64,000 nt of DNA from Gammaproteobacteria bacterium. Lineage in GTDB: Bacteria > Pseudomonadota > Gammaproteobacteria > CAJXQU01. Positions 41,166 to 52,620 of the stretch are shown here, in pieces. A model generated the notes under the pieces. The model did not search any database. It saw only the letters and a list, made by a program, of their open reading frames with translations, and was not told the origin of the DNA. The stretch is taken from contig CBDEGZ010000003.1 in NCBI GenBank assembly GCA_965238175.1, positions 1,536,001 through 1,600,000 of the forward strand, given 5' to 3'. Every line of letters begins with the position of its first letter. Positions within the stretch are counted from its first letter, which is position 1. The position numbers and the translations under genes are program-made.

Positions 41166-42225
41166 GTGTATACTAAAAGTAATTCTATGTGTTATTTCGT
41201 TTTATTATTTTTGATACTATTATCAACCTCAGGCTGTAGTTCGGAAAAGGTTCTGGAACAGCCTCAGGCCATAGTGTTTACAAAAACGGCAACTCTTGTT
41301 TCAGTGCAAGATGCACACGAGTTTACTGTTTCTGAAAATGATATAGCGCTCCGTGTCGAAGATAAAAATAATAGTGTCTATTTAATTCATAGTAATGGGT
41401 TTGTTACTCAGGCAGAGAGTCTGTCATATAGACGTTTACCCACCACCATACTGGTTCCAAAAGAAACGAGCTTTATTACAATAGATTGTACGCAAAAGGT
41501 TGATCAAAGTTATTATATAAATCCTGAAGTGAGTGAAGATTGTCAAATACATGCTACGGGCGGTGAAGAAATAACTTATGTAGGTGCCGGAGAATTATCT
41601 GAGTTATACTCACATAACTTCTGTTTTGAAGAAAAAAGATTTATCTGCGGGATTGATTCGTCTGTAGATATGTATGGCTTGCCGCGAACATTATTTGAAT
41701 TTAATGAAGTAGCTTTTTTTGCGCATTGGAATGATTTAAGCTTATCCTACGAAGGGTTCGATATTACGAATAAAATAGGTATTTTTCGCCAACCTTTTAT
41801 TGCCACAAAAAATACGCCCGCAGCTGTAATAACACATTATCAATATGTAGCTAAAAATAATTTAGAATATACAGACTTACAAGAAATCACAAAAATAAAT
41901 TCTGGATTATTAAATAAATGCAGACCAGAGACAGAGGTGAGAGTTAGTAGCTGGTGCAAATATTAGTGTAATAATTTATTATAATTGTTTAGAGAATGGA
42001 TCATTAAACTTATATGTCACCAATACGTTAAATGATAAATATATTATAAGTATAAAAACACCTAATACAAATATCGTAACTGAAAGTTATTCCATAGAAG
42101 ACAATATCTTAATATTTAATTCAAACCAAGGAAGTGTGCATGAGCATATTCCTTACGCGATAAAAATAAATTTAGCTAAGAAAACTCACCCCCTTACTAT
42201 TACGTATAGAATATCAACAGATTAA
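41166..42225 (+). pseudogene. Hypothetical lipoprotein, apparently frameshifted near 41940
   Basis: ORF 41166-41966 has lipobox TSGC; a +1 frame stays open from 41941 to 42225 (94 codons) and reads as a natural continuation. Confidence 0.55.
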
Positions 42226-42353
42226 TTTCAAGACAGAAACGTACCGTTGAAAAATTTGGAGGGTTTATTCTCGATTTGTAGGCGATAGTCGACTGTGAGA
42301 TTAATCTTAAACTTATTTTTTATAAAGTGTCCTATTACTTTATTAAGTCAATG

Positions 42354-43004
42354 TCAGCGTAAATAATCCAAAGCCAACTTTGGATGCTTAATTGAACCAT
42401 CAGCCCCCCAGTCTTCTGGTTTGTCTTTTGACCCAAGATATCCAAATAATGCAACTAGGGATTGCATGCCCGCATTCCTGGCGGCTTGAATATCACGTTC
42501 AGCATCACCGATATAAAGACATTCATGTGGTGCAAGTTCAAGCAATGTTGCTGCATAGATCAGCGGTTCGGGATGTGGTTTTGAATGCGCTGTTGTGTCA
42601 CCACTTACAATACATTTGGTTCGTTGAGTTATTTTAAGTTTATCCATCAAGGGTAGAGTGAATCGTTCAGGTTTATTGGTGACAATTCCCCAAAGGATAT
42701 TATTCTGATCAAGATGATTGATCAGATCTTCTATGCCTTCAAAAAGTGTTGTCTGTTGGGCAATATTATTGCTGTAGTTTTCGAGCAGTTCTTTTTTTAA
42801 TTCGGCAAAACCTTCATTTTGCTCATTAAGATCAAATCCTAATTTGATCAATGCATTAGCACCATTGGATGTTTGTAGGCGGACTTCTTCCAAAGGCAAC
42901 TCAGTAAGTTTTTTATCCGTACGACATTTGTTTAGTGCAGCCGCTAAATCTGGTGCTGTGTCGGCAAAAGTGCCATCGAGATCAAATAGTACGGCTTTGA
43001 TCAT
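42354..43004 (-). CDS. gph: HAD phosphatase (phosphoglycolate phosphatase/MupP-like)
   Basis: FDLDGTFADT, VTNKP, KPHPEP, IGDAERDIQA; ubiG-adjacent. Confidence 0.85.
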   Translation of the reverse strand: MIKAVLFDLDGTFADTAPDLAAALNKCRTDKKLTELPLEEVRLQTSNGANALIKLGFDLNEQNEGFAELKKELLENYSNNIAQQTTLFEGIEDLINHLDQNNILWGIVTNKPERFTLPLMDKLKITQRTKCIVSGDTTAHSKPHPEPLIYAATLLELAPHECLYIGDAERDIQAARNAGMQSLVALFGYLGSKDKPEDWGADGSIKHPKLALDYLR

Positions 43005-43169
43005 GATTTTATTAGAAAGAAAGTTAAGATTATTAGTATGGAAATTAAGGAAGTTCCCTCAATAAAAGTACTTAAGGTACTGTTTTCTTCGACCATGTTT
43101 TTCGGTAAAATATGTTTAGTGAGTAAGTTACCTAAAGGTTGAAAAACTTCGATAATAATATCCACGAGT

Positions 43170-43874
43170 TTATTGTTTTTGAGCGCAGATCAAATAATTC
43201 ACTTTTAGATCTTCTGTTAGGGCAGCTTCACTATTGATCGGGTTGTATGACATTCCTGATAGATCTTCCAGATTGAGATCATGTTTTCTTAACCAATTAG
43301 CTATTTCTGCAGGTTGGATAAATTTTGCATAATCGTGGGTTCCTTTCGGCAAGAGAGACAATACATATTCAGCGCCTAAAACGGCGAACACATAGGCCTT
43401 CAATGTTCGGTTTAAGGTTGATAAGAAAATGTAACCATCTGTTTTGACCAATTTTTTGCATGCAACGATAATGCTTTCGGGGGAGGGTACGTGTTCGAGC
43501 AACTCCATACAGGTGACGACGTCAAATTGTTCGTAATTATCTGCTGCCAACGCTTCTGCCGTTGAATGTAAGTAATGTACTTTTGATCCGCTTTCCATTT
43601 GCTGCAGGCGGGCAACTTGCAAAGCTTCTTCACTGGCATCAATAGCGGTGACGATTGCGCCTTTGCTATCCATGCTTTCCGCTAAAATTCCACCACCACA
43701 GCCAATATCCGCAACAGTTTTAAGCTTAAGTTCTCCTGAACGATTTTCGATATACTCAAGTCGTACAGGGTTAATATGGTGTAGGGTTTTTAGATCGCCT
43801 TTTGGATCCCACCAGTTTGATGCCATCAAGCTAAATTTGTTGATTTCGTGAGGGTCGATATTTGGATTATTCAT
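43170..43874 (-). CDS. ubiG: Ubiquinone biosynthesis O-methyltransferase
   Basis: WWDPKG...LHHINPVRL, DIGCGGGILAE, CMELLEHVP, LPKGTHDY. Confidence 0.97.
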   Translation of the reverse strand: MNNPNIDPHEINKFSLMASNWWDPKGDLKTLHHINPVRLEYIENRSGELKLKTVADIGCGGGILAESMDSKGAIVTAIDASEEALQVARLQQMESGSKVHYLHSTAEALAADNYEQFDVVTCMELLEHVPSPESIIVACKKLVKTDGYIFLSTLNRTLKAYVFAVLGAEYVLSLLPKGTHDYAKFIQPAEIANWLRKHDLNLEDLSGMSYNPINSEAALTEDLKVNYLICAQKQ

Positions 43875-44599
43875 TCGCTCATTATATCAACAATCGAGAC
43901 GGTTATATTATCCGTACCTCCATCGTTAAGTGCTAATTTGATCAATTGTTGTACTGCTTCTTGAGGATCATAATTATTTAATGTTTCTTCAATAACAGAA
44001 TGGGAAACATGCTTATCAAGACCGTCAGAACTGAGTAAAAAACGATCCCTCTCGTTTAGCTCACTAGTTCCGGTCTCAAGTTGTAGATCACCATGAGTAC
44101 CAATACAACGAGTAAGCACATTCGCTGAGGAATGCCGACTTGCCTCATCACGTGACAGCATTCCAAGATCGACATAAACTTCGGCTTGAGAATGATCACG
44201 AGTAAGTTGGGTAAGTTCTTGATCTCTTAGCTGGTATAATCGACTGTCGCCAGCCCAAATGAAGTGACACTCGTCATCTACAATATGCATAACAATAACC
44301 GTACTGCCATTAATACGATTATTCTCATTGCCCACTTCAATTAATCTGTTATTTGTTTTATAAAGTGATAGCTTTATTTTTTCTATTGATTCATTTGTTG
44401 ATTCTGATGGGTTTTCTAATGAGAGTTCATTCACAGATTCAATAATAAATTGACTGGCAAAATCGCCTGCGTCGTGGCCGCCCATTCCATCGGCTATTAC
44501 CCATAGATTGGCTTCTGGTTTATCAAGAAAGGCGTCTTCATTATGTTTGCGTACGTATCCAACGTGTGTTGCCGAACATGATGCACTGATAAAGCTCAT
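43871..44599 (-). CDS. PP2C-family Ser/Thr protein phosphatase
   Basis: VRKHNED, ADGMGGH, AGDSRLY, SDGL, GGTDNIT. Confidence 0.95.
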   Translation of the reverse strand: MSFISASCSATHVGYVRKHNEDAFLDKPEANLWVIADGMGGHDAGDFASQFIIESVNELSLENPSESTNESIEKIKLSLYKTNNRLIEVGNENNRINGSTVIVMHIVDDECHFIWAGDSRLYQLRDQELTQLTRDHSQAEVYVDLGMLSRDEASRHSSANVLTRCIGTHGDLQLETGTSELNERDRFLLSSDGLDKHVSHSVIEETLNNYDPQEAVQQLIKLALNDGGTDNITVSIVDIMSE

Positions 44600-44615
44600 T
44601 TTTAATGTAGGAAAC

Positions 44616-45536
44616 TTATTCGCGGGTTATCTGGAAATGCAGAACATGCTCGGGATGTTCTTTGAAAGATTTACCAAAACTTATCTCACCCTCGGGCGGT
44701 AGAAGCATTTCGTCTCGGCGTAGAAATATCTCTCGACCTTTTTCATTTTTTATCCAAGTTCCATTGGTACTTAAGTCAATGATGAAAAGCTTTCCTCGAC
44801 GATTTTCTATCGTGAGATGTTGTCGCGAGGCTAATTCTTCTTCTAAGGCTATATCGCAATGCATACTTCTACCAACTGCGAATTGGTTTTGTTTGTCACG
44901 GAAGACATAACCTTGCTTATTGTATTGCATCATTAAGGTTGTTGGTATTTTATTTTTGCGAGCGGCACCAATTGTCATTTGAGTGAGATCTTTTTCGTCA
45001 TCAAATATTTCATAGATATCAATATCTTCAGATTTTCCTTTCATTTGAGTTCTATCAATGTGTCGACAATTTTCAAAAAGTCCTGTAGGTAATTGTTTTG
45101 CAGTTTCTCCTGAAGTTATAATTTGTCCTGGTTTTGAGAGGGAGACAAGTCGGGCGGCGATATTAACGGAATCACCAAAGACATCACCATTCTCCATAAT
45201 CGTAGGCCCGGAGTGTAGGCCAACCCGGATATCCAATCTTTTATGTAGTTCAACTTGAATAGACTCTTTTTGTATTTGACAGGCCGCTTTGACGGCATTC
45301 TCCACCGATTCAAACCGAATCATTAGTTCATCACCGATGGTTTTGACAATGATTCCACCACTACGTTCTGCAATTGTTTCAATTGATTGTAAACATTCGG
45401 AAACTCGTTCTTTAGCCTTTTGATCACCAAGCCTTTCGTACAGTTGAGTGCTGTTACAAATATCAGCAAATAACAGGGTTTGATTGGTGTTTTTTACTTT
45501 TGTGGTCACTTTGGAGGTCACTTGCATCGCTAGCAT
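44616..45536 (-). CDS. Class III adenylate cyclase with C-terminal FHA domain
   Basis: FADICNST, KTIGDELM, DVFGDSVNIAARL; FHA motifs VGRS, ASRQH, DLSTNGT. Confidence 0.92.
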   Translation of the reverse strand: MLAMQVTSKVTTKVKNTNQTLLFADICNSTQLYERLGDQKAKERVSECLQSIETIAERSGGIIVKTIGDELMIRFESVENAVKAACQIQKESIQVELHKRLDIRVGLHSGPTIMENGDVFGDSVNIAARLVSLSKPGQIITSGETAKQLPTGLFENCRHIDRTQMKGKSEDIDIYEIFDDEKDLTQMTIGAARKNKIPTTLMMQYNKQGYVFRDKQNQFAVGRSMHCDIALEEELASRQHLTIENRRGKLFIIDLSTNGTWIKNEKGREIFLRRDEMLLPPEGEISFGKSFKEHPEHVLHFQITRE

Positions 45537-45695
45537 TAATAGAAAGGTGGTTATTATTTATAATGAGTAAAGTATGAAGGATACAGTGCTGCCATCATTA
45601 ACTATTTGCAACTTAAGTTAAATAATGTCACATCTTCACTCTGGATGACTGTTTACTGACAATTAAGGGAAAAGATAGGCTATTCTGTCAAGGTT

Positions 45696-46148
45696 ATGGA
45701 TAGGTCTATACGTCTAATATCTACACATTCTACTGGCTCTCAATTGATGCAGGGTACTTATGTGAGAACAGATAAGGGTTCGGCCAGTGTCACAACAATC
45801 AAACCGCCGACTGAGCATAATGCTGATAATACCGTCTCGAGAATACAACGCAGATCGCGTTGGCAGAACACTCCCGGTATTCGGGTCTCATTACAGAGTC
45901 TGGATACTGAACCACAGATTGAAGAATATAGAAGTCTTAAGTTTGACGGGCGCAGAAAAGCATCGACCAAGATAGTACCTGAAATGATCATCAATCCAGA
46001 TAAATTTAATAAAGGTCAATTTGCAGAAGGGAGCTTCCGTACGGTAAACCCTAGATCTAAAATGGTATTGGATGATTTTATCCAACAAATGGGCGGTGCT
46101 GCACAACCGGCTGATCAGAATGGCAGCCTTGTTAATACTTCAGTTTAG
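45696..46148 (+). CDS. Hypothetical protein
   Basis: 150-aa ORF filling the gap between neighbouring genes; no motif. Confidence 0.5.
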   Translation: MDRSIRLISTHSTGSQLMQGTYVRTDKGSASVTTIKPPTEHNADNTVSRIQRRSRWQNTPGIRVSLQSLDTEPQIEEYRSLKFDGRRKASTKIVPEMIINPDKFNKGQFAEGSFRTVNPRSKMVLDDFIQQMGGAAQPADQNGSLVNTSV

Positions 46149-46177
46149 ATTTTTGTCTTAAGTTAATAATTTAAGAA

Positions 46178-46678
46178 CTAGGGTTTTTTACCCATTTTTG
46201 GCGCTTCGCCATATTTTTCAATATAGTCATCTGCCAGTTGCTGAGCTGCAGCGAGTTGCTCATCGCTAAGCTTTTCGCGTGTGGGATCTAAAGCAAGTTT
46301 TGATTTTTTATGACCTAAATGTGTCGCTACTTTGTACCAGGCGTATGCTGCTTCGTAGTCTTGCGGGACACCTTTACCTTCGGCATACAATTTACCAAGT
46401 CTATATTGCGCTTCCTTAACGCCTTGTTTTGATGCTTTTAAATACCACTGAGCTGCTTCTTTATCGTCTTGTTCGACGCCTTGGCCTTTTGAGAACATAA
46501 CTCCAAGATAATACTGCGCGTATGGATGGTTACTGTTTTGAGCTAATGGCATCATTGTTTGCCAGGCTTTTTCATGGTCACCATTTGCATAGGCGAAGAC
46601 ACCGTCATTGAAATCTGCATGCGCCGCTGATGAGAGCGTGAGAACTAAAATGGTGATTAGGGATGGTTTTCTGAACAT
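46178..46678 (-). CDS. Secreted Sel1-repeat protein
   Basis: Signal ending AHA|DF; AQYYLGVMFSKGQGVEQD, AQYRLGKLYAEGKGVPQD. Confidence 0.92.
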   Translation of the reverse strand: MFRKPSLITILVLTLSSAAHADFNDGVFAYANGDHEKAWQTMMPLAQNSNHPYAQYYLGVMFSKGQGVEQDDKEAAQWYLKASKQGVKEAQYRLGKLYAEGKGVPQDYEAAYAWYKVATHLGHKKSKLALDPTREKLSDEQLAAAQQLADDYIEKYGEAPKMGKKP

Positions 46679-46775
46679 TAATCCTTTCCTGTTGAGTGGT
46701 TGTGCATATTATTGTTATATATAGGTGAATGTTAAGTGAACGGGTGAAGTTTACCCCAATCAGGCAGAGGATTAT

Positions 46776-47762
46776 ATGGAAAAATTTCGGGTATTTCGAA
46801 TCTATAAAAACGATCAACAAATTGTTGGTCGTATTGAAGAATCAACCTTAGATGAGTTGTCAGTTGGCGAAGTTGTGATCAAATCTGAATATTCAAGTGT
46901 CAATTATAAGGATGCTTTAGCAGCAACAGGAGCCGGAAAGATTATTTCCAAGTTCCCATTAATCGGCGGTATTGATGTATCTGGAGTGGTCGAAAGTTCT
47001 CAAGATGATCGGTTTAAAGCGGGAGATAAGGTGTTGGTCACAGGCTATGAAATGGGTATGTCACATGACGGTGGCTATGCTGAATATGTACGTGTGCCGG
47101 CAGAATGGGTGATCCCGTTACCTTCTACTTTAACCACGAGAGAAGCGATGATCATGGGTACCGCCGGCTTCACTGCGGCACTCTGTATTGCTCGAATGGA
47201 ACAGAATGGACAAAATCCTGCACAGGGTCCGATTTTGATCACAGGTGCTTCCGGTGGTGTCGGCTGTATGGCAATCGATATGTTTTCTTCTAAGGGTTAT
47301 GACGTTACTGCGCTTACTGGCAAAATGGGTGAAGTGGATTACCTACGTAATCTTGGGGCGAAAGAAGTTCTTGATCGAAATGATCTCACATTTTCTGAAA
47401 GACCTTTAGAAAGATCATTATGGGCTGGCGCCGTGGATAATGTTGGTGGCGATATACTCAGTTGGATAACTAAAACGGTTCAACCCTGGGGGAATATTGC
47501 CTCTGTTGGGCTTGCGGCCAATACTCAATTGGAAACCACAGTACTTCCATTTATTTTAAGAGGTGTTAGCTTGCTCGGTATTACTTCTGCAGGTTGTCCA
47601 ACAGATTTACGTCATAAAATCTGGAGCCGTATTGGCACAGATCTTCGCCCACAACATTTTGATCAAATAGCACTTCAAGAAGTGGTTTTAGAAGAGCTGG
47701 ATGATGTGTTCCGTGCAATGCTTAAAGGTGAAACAAAAGGGCGAACTATTGTTCGTTTGTAA
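46776..47762 (+). CDS. YhdH/AcuI-family quinone oxidoreductase (acryloyl-CoA reductase-like)
   Basis: YSSVNYKDALA, GTAGFTAA, TGASGGVG, TVLPFILRGV. Confidence 0.9.
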   Translation: MEKFRVFRIYKNDQQIVGRIEESTLDELSVGEVVIKSEYSSVNYKDALAATGAGKIISKFPLIGGIDVSGVVESSQDDRFKAGDKVLVTGYEMGMSHDGGYAEYVRVPAEWVIPLPSTLTTREAMIMGTAGFTAALCIARMEQNGQNPAQGPILITGASGGVGCMAIDMFSSKGYDVTALTGKMGEVDYLRNLGAKEVLDRNDLTFSERPLERSLWAGAVDNVGGDILSWITKTVQPWGNIASVGLAANTQLETTVLPFILRGVSLLGITSAGCPTDLRHKIWSRIGTDLRPQHFDQIALQEVVLEELDDVFRAMLKGETKGRTIVRL

Positions 47763-47766
47763 TGAA

Positions 47767-47915
47767 ATACCTAAACAACTTGGAAATAGAGTTTTCAGCG
47801 AAGCCGATAGCTTCACCCAAAGGGCGCGTCCAAGCCGCTACGCCACAGCGTTAGTGTTCTTGAAAAGGGAACAACCTTTCTCGGCGTACACTGCATTTTC
47901 AAGTAGTTTGGGTAT
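47767..47915. repeat. ERIC-like MITE (~150 bp)
   Basis: Imperfect terminal IRs ATACCTAAACAACTTGGAAAT / ATTTTCAAGTAGTTTGGGTAT. Confidence 0.75.
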
Positions 47916-47954
47916 ATAATCGCCCGCTTTTAACGACTAACCACTTACGAATCT

Positions 47955-49364
47955 ATGTCATCAGCAAAGACTTTATACGACAAATTATGGGATGCGCACG
48001 TTGTTCGCGAGAACGGTGATGGTACTTCACTTATTTATATCGATCGTCATTTGATCCACGAAGTGACGTCACCCCAAGCTTTTGAAGGCTTAAAACTGGC
48101 GGATCGAAAACCATGGCGCATTGATGCTAACTTAGCTGTTTCTGATCATAATGTGCCGACAACCGATCGATCTCAGCCTATTGAAGATCCGGTTTCAAAG
48201 TTACAGTTAGATACTCTGGATGAAAATTGTTCTGAATGGGAAATCACACAGTTTGATATTAATGATCCACGGCAAGGTATTGTTCATGTTATTGGGCCAG
48301 AGCAGGGTGCTTCTCTACCGGGAATGACCATTGTCTGTGGTGACTCGCATACTTCTACTCATGGTGGTCTTGGAGCATTAGCATTTGGGATAGGCACATC
48401 GGAAGTCGAACATACACTGGCAACACAATGTTTAGTGTTACAAAAATCTAAAAATATGTTGATCCAAGTTGATGGACATGTTGGTAAAGGCATAACAGCC
48501 AAAGATATTATCCTTGCGATTATTGGTCAGATTGGAACGGCGGGTGGCACTGGATATGCTGTGGAGTTCGCGGGTTCAGCTATTGAAGATCTGTCGATGG
48601 AAGGCCGCATGACTTTGTGTAATATGGCGATTGAAGCGGGTGCAAGATCAGGTTTCGTTGCTGTTGATGATAAAACGATCGAATTTGTAAAAGACAGGCC
48701 TTATTCACCTAAGGGAAAAATGTGGGATCAAGCCGTTGAATATTGGAGAACATTGCATACTGATGAAGGTGCAAGTTTCGATAAGGTTGTAACACTAAAT
48801 TGTGAACAGATAGAACCTCAAGTCACTTGGGGAACATCACCAGAAATGGTTGTTTCTATTACGGAAACTATTCCTGATCCGACGCAAGAATCTGATCCTG
48901 TAAAAGCAGAGGGTATGACAAATGCTTTAGCCTATATGGATCTGAAAGTGGGTACGCCTATTTCCGAGGTAAAAATTAATCGTGTCTTTATTGGTTCCTG
49001 CACAAATTCACGTATTGAAGACATGCGAGCGGCAGCAGAAATAGCTAAAACTGGCAGAGTTGCTAGTAGTGTTACGGAAGCCATCGTAGTTCCAGGCTCA
49101 GGTCTTGTGAAAAGACAGGCTGAAGAAGAAGGTCTTGATCAGATATTCATTGATGCTGGTTTTGAGTGGCGTGAACCTGGTTGTTCAATGTGCCTAGGAA
49201 TGAATCCTGATCAACTTAAATCAGGTGAACACTGCGCATCAACTTCAAACCGTAATTTTGAAGGGCGACAAGGACCTGGCGGCAGGACACATCTGGTCAG
49301 TCCAGCGATGGCAGCCGCCGCCGCAATTGCAGGTCACTTTGTAGATGTTCGGGAGGTAAATTAA
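47955..49364 (+). CDS. leuC: 3-isopropylmalate dehydratase large subunit
   Basis: [47 protein letters not shown]. Confidence 0.99.
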   Translation: MSSAKTLYDKLWDAHVVRENGDGTSLIYIDRHLIHEVTSPQAFEGLKLADRKPWRIDANLAVSDHNVPTTDRSQPIEDPVSKLQLDTLDENCSEWEITQFDINDPRQGIVHVIGPEQGASLPGMTIVCGDSHTSTHGGLGALAFGIGTSEVEHTLATQCLVLQKSKNMLIQVDGHVGKGITAKDIILAIIGQIGTAGGTGYAVEFAGSAIEDLSMEGRMTLCNMAIEAGARSGFVAVDDKTIEFVKDRPYSPKGKMWDQAVEYWRTLHTDEGASFDKVVTLNCEQIEPQVTWGTSPEMVVSITETIPDPTQESDPVKAEGMTNALAYMDLKVGTPISEVKINRVFIGSCTNSRIEDMRAAAEIAKTGRVASSVTEAIVVPGSGLVKRQAEEEGLDQIFIDAGFEWREPGCSMCLGMNPDQLKSGEHCASTSNRNFEGRQGPGGRTHLVSPAMAAAAAIAGHFVDVREVN

Positions 49365-50005
49365 TGGAAGCTTTTACAACACTAAAAGGATTAGTAGTAT
49401 CGTTGGATCGGCCCAATGTAGATACGGATGCGATCATTCCTAAACAATTCTTGAAATCGATCAAACGAAGTGGTTTCGGCCCTAATCTTTTTGATGAGTG
49501 GCGTTATCTTGATCAGGGACAACCTGGACAAGATTGTAGTAATAGACCTTTGAATCCTGATTTTGTACTCAATCAGGACAGATACCAGGGTGCTCAGATT
49601 ATGTTGGGCAGAGATAATTTTGGCTGTGGATCGTCTCGTGAACACGCACCGTGGGCTTTTTATGATTATGGGATAAGCTGCATTATTGCCCCAAGCTTTG
49701 CGGATATTTTTCACAGCAACTCCTTTAAAAATGGTATCTTATTAGTAAAACTTGATTCAGAAACTATCGATCAATTATTCACAGAAGTTGAGATGATGTC
49801 TGGATATGAATTGGATGTGGATCTCGCATCACAAACGATCAAAACTCCGAGTGGTGAAGAGATTAAATTTGATGTTGATGGTTCCCTAAAACATCGGCTT
49901 TTGAATGGACTTGATGATATTGGTATTACCTTACAGCATGCCGATGAGATCAAAGCTTATGAGCAAAATAGAAACCAGCTAACGCCTTGGTTATTTAACG
50001 CGTAG
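49364..50005 (+). CDS. leuD: 3-isopropylmalate dehydratase small subunit
   Basis: [26 protein letters not shown]. Confidence 0.99.
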   Translation: MEAFTTLKGLVVSLDRPNVDTDAIIPKQFLKSIKRSGFGPNLFDEWRYLDQGQPGQDCSNRPLNPDFVLNQDRYQGAQIMLGRDNFGCGSSREHAPWAFYDYGISCIIAPSFADIFHSNSFKNGILLVKLDSETIDQLFTEVEMMSGYELDVDLASQTIKTPSGEEIKFDVDGSLKHRLLNGLDDIGITLQHADEIKAYEQNRNQLTPWLFNA

Positions 50006-51275
50006 ATTCATCTTCTGCTTTTTTAAAAAGCGGTAATCGATAGATCGTATTGATTGCGCCTGCAATGGCAACAAAAGCCAAAATTTTGATAACACCAACG
50101 GTAGAAAGCCCCCATTCACAGACTAAGACAGTCATTATCAGGAAGAAAAGCATCACAGTTGTTTGTATAAAGTTATAACCGGCTAAAACAATTCCCAGCT
50201 CACGTTCTTTTGCATGCAGCTGGATAAATGCGTTTAGCGGTACTATGAATAAACCTCCAAAAAAGCCAACTGAAAAAAAGTTAATGGCATGTGCTTCTGG
50301 TGAACTTAGAAAAGGAATAATTGCAATCGTTATCGCAATTCCAATTGATCCAATCAATACTAGCCCAGTTGCATTGTGATTCTCCGCATATTTGCCGGAG
50401 GTAATCGATCCAAACATTATTCCTATACCAGTACAGGCCATCATGCCCTGGATAATGATCGTATTCAGCATTTCCATCGTTTCTTTCGCAAATGCAGGAA
50501 AAGAGGCAAGCATTACCTGACAGATTGCCCAGAAGATAGACAAGCCAATAATTGATGTCCAAATGACTTTGTGATGAAAAACAAGACTGAGGTTTGTTTT
50601 TAGATAACCACCTCGTTTGTAGCGATCAAAATCAAAATGTAATTCTTCATAAACCTTCTTTTTTTGCGGAAGACGAAAAGTAAGTGCAAATTCGATGAGA
50701 GCACCAAGGATCAATGCCCAGCCGACCGGCGCGACTATTTTGATCAATTCTGATTTGTCTTGATAAGTCACACCTTTAAGCAGACTTTCAAATATGATCG
50801 AAAAGATGAATGTTCCAGATAATATCGCGATAATCGTTACTGCCTGAACAAGACCATTCGCAGATGATAGATATTTTTTGCCAACCAACTCACGAATAAA
50901 GCCGAATTTTGCTGGTGAATAAATCGCGCTTTGTACCGCCAGCAAGAATGTCATACTGAATGCTGCCCAAAAGTAGCCGAGGTAATAAAACAGGGTAATC
51001 AAGCAGGTTAAACAAACTGCAATAAAGGCACTGATTCTAATGACATTATTCTTCGGGTATTTATCAGCTAGAAATCCAGCAGGTGTGAACAGAAGAATGA
51101 AGGGTAATAAAATCAGCGCATTAACAATAGCAGTTAAGATTACTTGCTCTTGCCCATCATATGTTTTGAAAACGGTATTTTGGATAATGATCTTGTGGCC
51201 CAAATCAACAAAAGCGTTGAGAAAAACGACCAGTACATAGGGAAGAAATCCGATGATTTTAAACAGTTTGAGCAT
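49995..51275 (-). CDS. MFS transporter (LplT/Aas-N-terminal-like), no acyltransferase domain
   Basis: [33 protein letters not shown]; probable ATG 51275; overlaps leuD 3' end convergently. Confidence 0.8.
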   Translation of the reverse strand: MLKLFKIIGFLPYVLVVFLNAFVDLGHKIIIQNTVFKTYDGQEQVILTAIVNALILLPFILLFTPAGFLADKYPKNNVIRISAFIAVCLTCLITLFYYLGYFWAAFSMTFLLAVQSAIYSPAKFGFIRELVGKKYLSSANGLVQAVTIIAILSGTFIFSIIFESLLKGVTYQDKSELIKIVAPVGWALILGALIEFALTFRLPQKKKVYEELHFDFDRYKRGGYLKTNLSLVFHHKVIWTSIIGLSIFWAICQVMLASFPAFAKETMEMLNTIIIQGMMACTGIGIMFGSITSGKYAENHNATGLVLIGSIGIAITIAIIPFLSSPEAHAINFFSVGFFGGLFIVPLNAFIQLHAKERELGIVLAGYNFIQTTVMLFFLIMTVLVCEWGLSTVGVIKILAFVAIAGAINTIYRLPLFKKAEDESTR

Positions 51276-51441
51276 ATCGAGATCCTTTGTAATGTTTTGC
51301 TTGGAAGAAATGCACAAACAACGCTATATATAGGTTTATTTCTCTGAGTCTATTTTTAAAGTTTGTTAATTTGGTGTCTTTAGTAATGAAATGAAGATAG
51401 ACGCTCCAGAGTTTAGCAATAAATGGGGTAGAATCCACCTT

Positions 51442-51729
51442 ATGAACTCACAAACAGACAAACTGGATCAAATATCCTGTTGGATCTACAGAAGTAATAG
51501 AAAAGAAGAGATGTACCTTTACCTTAGTAACAAAGATGATTTAGAAGAGGTGCCTGACGATCTACAGAAAAGACTTGGGGAACTGGATTTTGTTATGCAG
51601 TTGGAATTGTCTGAGCAACGTCAGTTAGCCAGAGCAGATGTCTCTGAGGTAATGAAAGCACTCTGTGACGAAGGGTATTATCTGCAAATGCCACCAAAAT
51701 TAATTCCTGATCTGCACTTTGGTGATTAA
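51442..51729 (+). CDS. YcgL domain protein
   Basis: CWIYRSNRKEEMYLY, VPDDL, LARAD, GYYLQMPP. Confidence 0.9.
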   Translation: MNSQTDKLDQISCWIYRSNRKEEMYLYLSNKDDLEEVPDDLQKRLGELDFVMQLELSEQRQLARADVSEVMKALCDEGYYLQMPPKLIPDLHFGD

Positions 51730-52612
51730 TAAGCTTTCAAATTTGATCGAGCAGTTTTTAGACACGGCCTGGTCTGAACAAGGTTTGAGTGATAACACAC
51801 TAAGTTCATATCGATCAGATCTGACATTTTTTGCGAAATGGCTTATTAGCAATGATAAGCAGGTCAAAGAAGTCGGTTGGCAGGATTTGTTGAGTTTCCT
51901 AGATCATTTTGAAAAGGCCTCTCCGCGTAGTCGCGCACGTCGTTTGACCAGCTTGCGACGATTTTATCGATTTTTGATCCGTGAAGAATTGGTAGAAGAT
52001 GATCCTACCCGTCGACTTAAAACTCCTAGAGCAGGGCGCAGCCTTCCTAAAACTTTATCAGAAGATGAGGTTGAGGCTTTATTAACAGCTCCAAATATAG
52101 AAAAAACTTTAGGTTTACGTGATAAAGCTATGATTGAATTGCTTTATGCGACGGGATTACGTGTGTCAGAATTAGTTAATCTGACCATGCAAGAGATTAA
52201 TTTAAACCAAGGTGTTGTACGAATTACCGGTAAGGGCGATAAGGAAAGAATCGTTCCAGTAGGTGAGGAAGCTGTTCATTGGTTGGAAAGTTATCTGGAA
52301 GAAGCACGTTCTGATTTACTCAAAGGTCAAGTTTCGGATGCCTTATTCCCAGCTCGGCAGGGAAAGCCAATTGGCCGACATGCGTTCTGGCACCGAATTA
52401 AGCAACATACGACAACTGCAGGCATTGATAAATCGATATCACCTCATACATTACGACATGCTTTTGCCACGCATTTACTAAATCATGGTGCAGATCTAAG
52501 AGTGGTTCAAATGCTTTTAGGTCATCGAGATATTTCAACAACACAGATCTACACACACGTTGCACAAGCAAGATTACAAAATTTACACGCAGCCCATCAT
52601 CCAAGAGCATAA
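51719..52612 (+). CDS. xerD: Tyrosine recombinase XerD
   Basis: GLSDNTLSSYRSDL, LYATGLRVSEL, SPHTLRHAFATHLLNHGADLR, TTQIYTHV. Confidence 0.95.
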   Translation: MVINKLSNLIEQFLDTAWSEQGLSDNTLSSYRSDLTFFAKWLISNDKQVKEVGWQDLLSFLDHFEKASPRSRARRLTSLRRFYRFLIREELVEDDPTRRLKTPRAGRSLPKTLSEDEVEALLTAPNIEKTLGLRDKAMIELLYATGLRVSELVNLTMQEINLNQGVVRITGKGDKERIVPVGEEAVHWLESYLEEARSDLLKGQVSDALFPARQGKPIGRHAFWHRIKQHTTTAGIDKSISPHTLRHAFATHLLNHGADLRVVQMLLGHRDISTTQIYTHVAQARLQNLHAAHHPRA

Positions 52613-52620
52613 TTGCTTTG

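Noticed and set aside
51719-52612. Tyrosine recombinase as the missing integron integrase
   Set aside because: It is a canonical XerD without the IntI-specific insertion and is not adjacent to the att sites.
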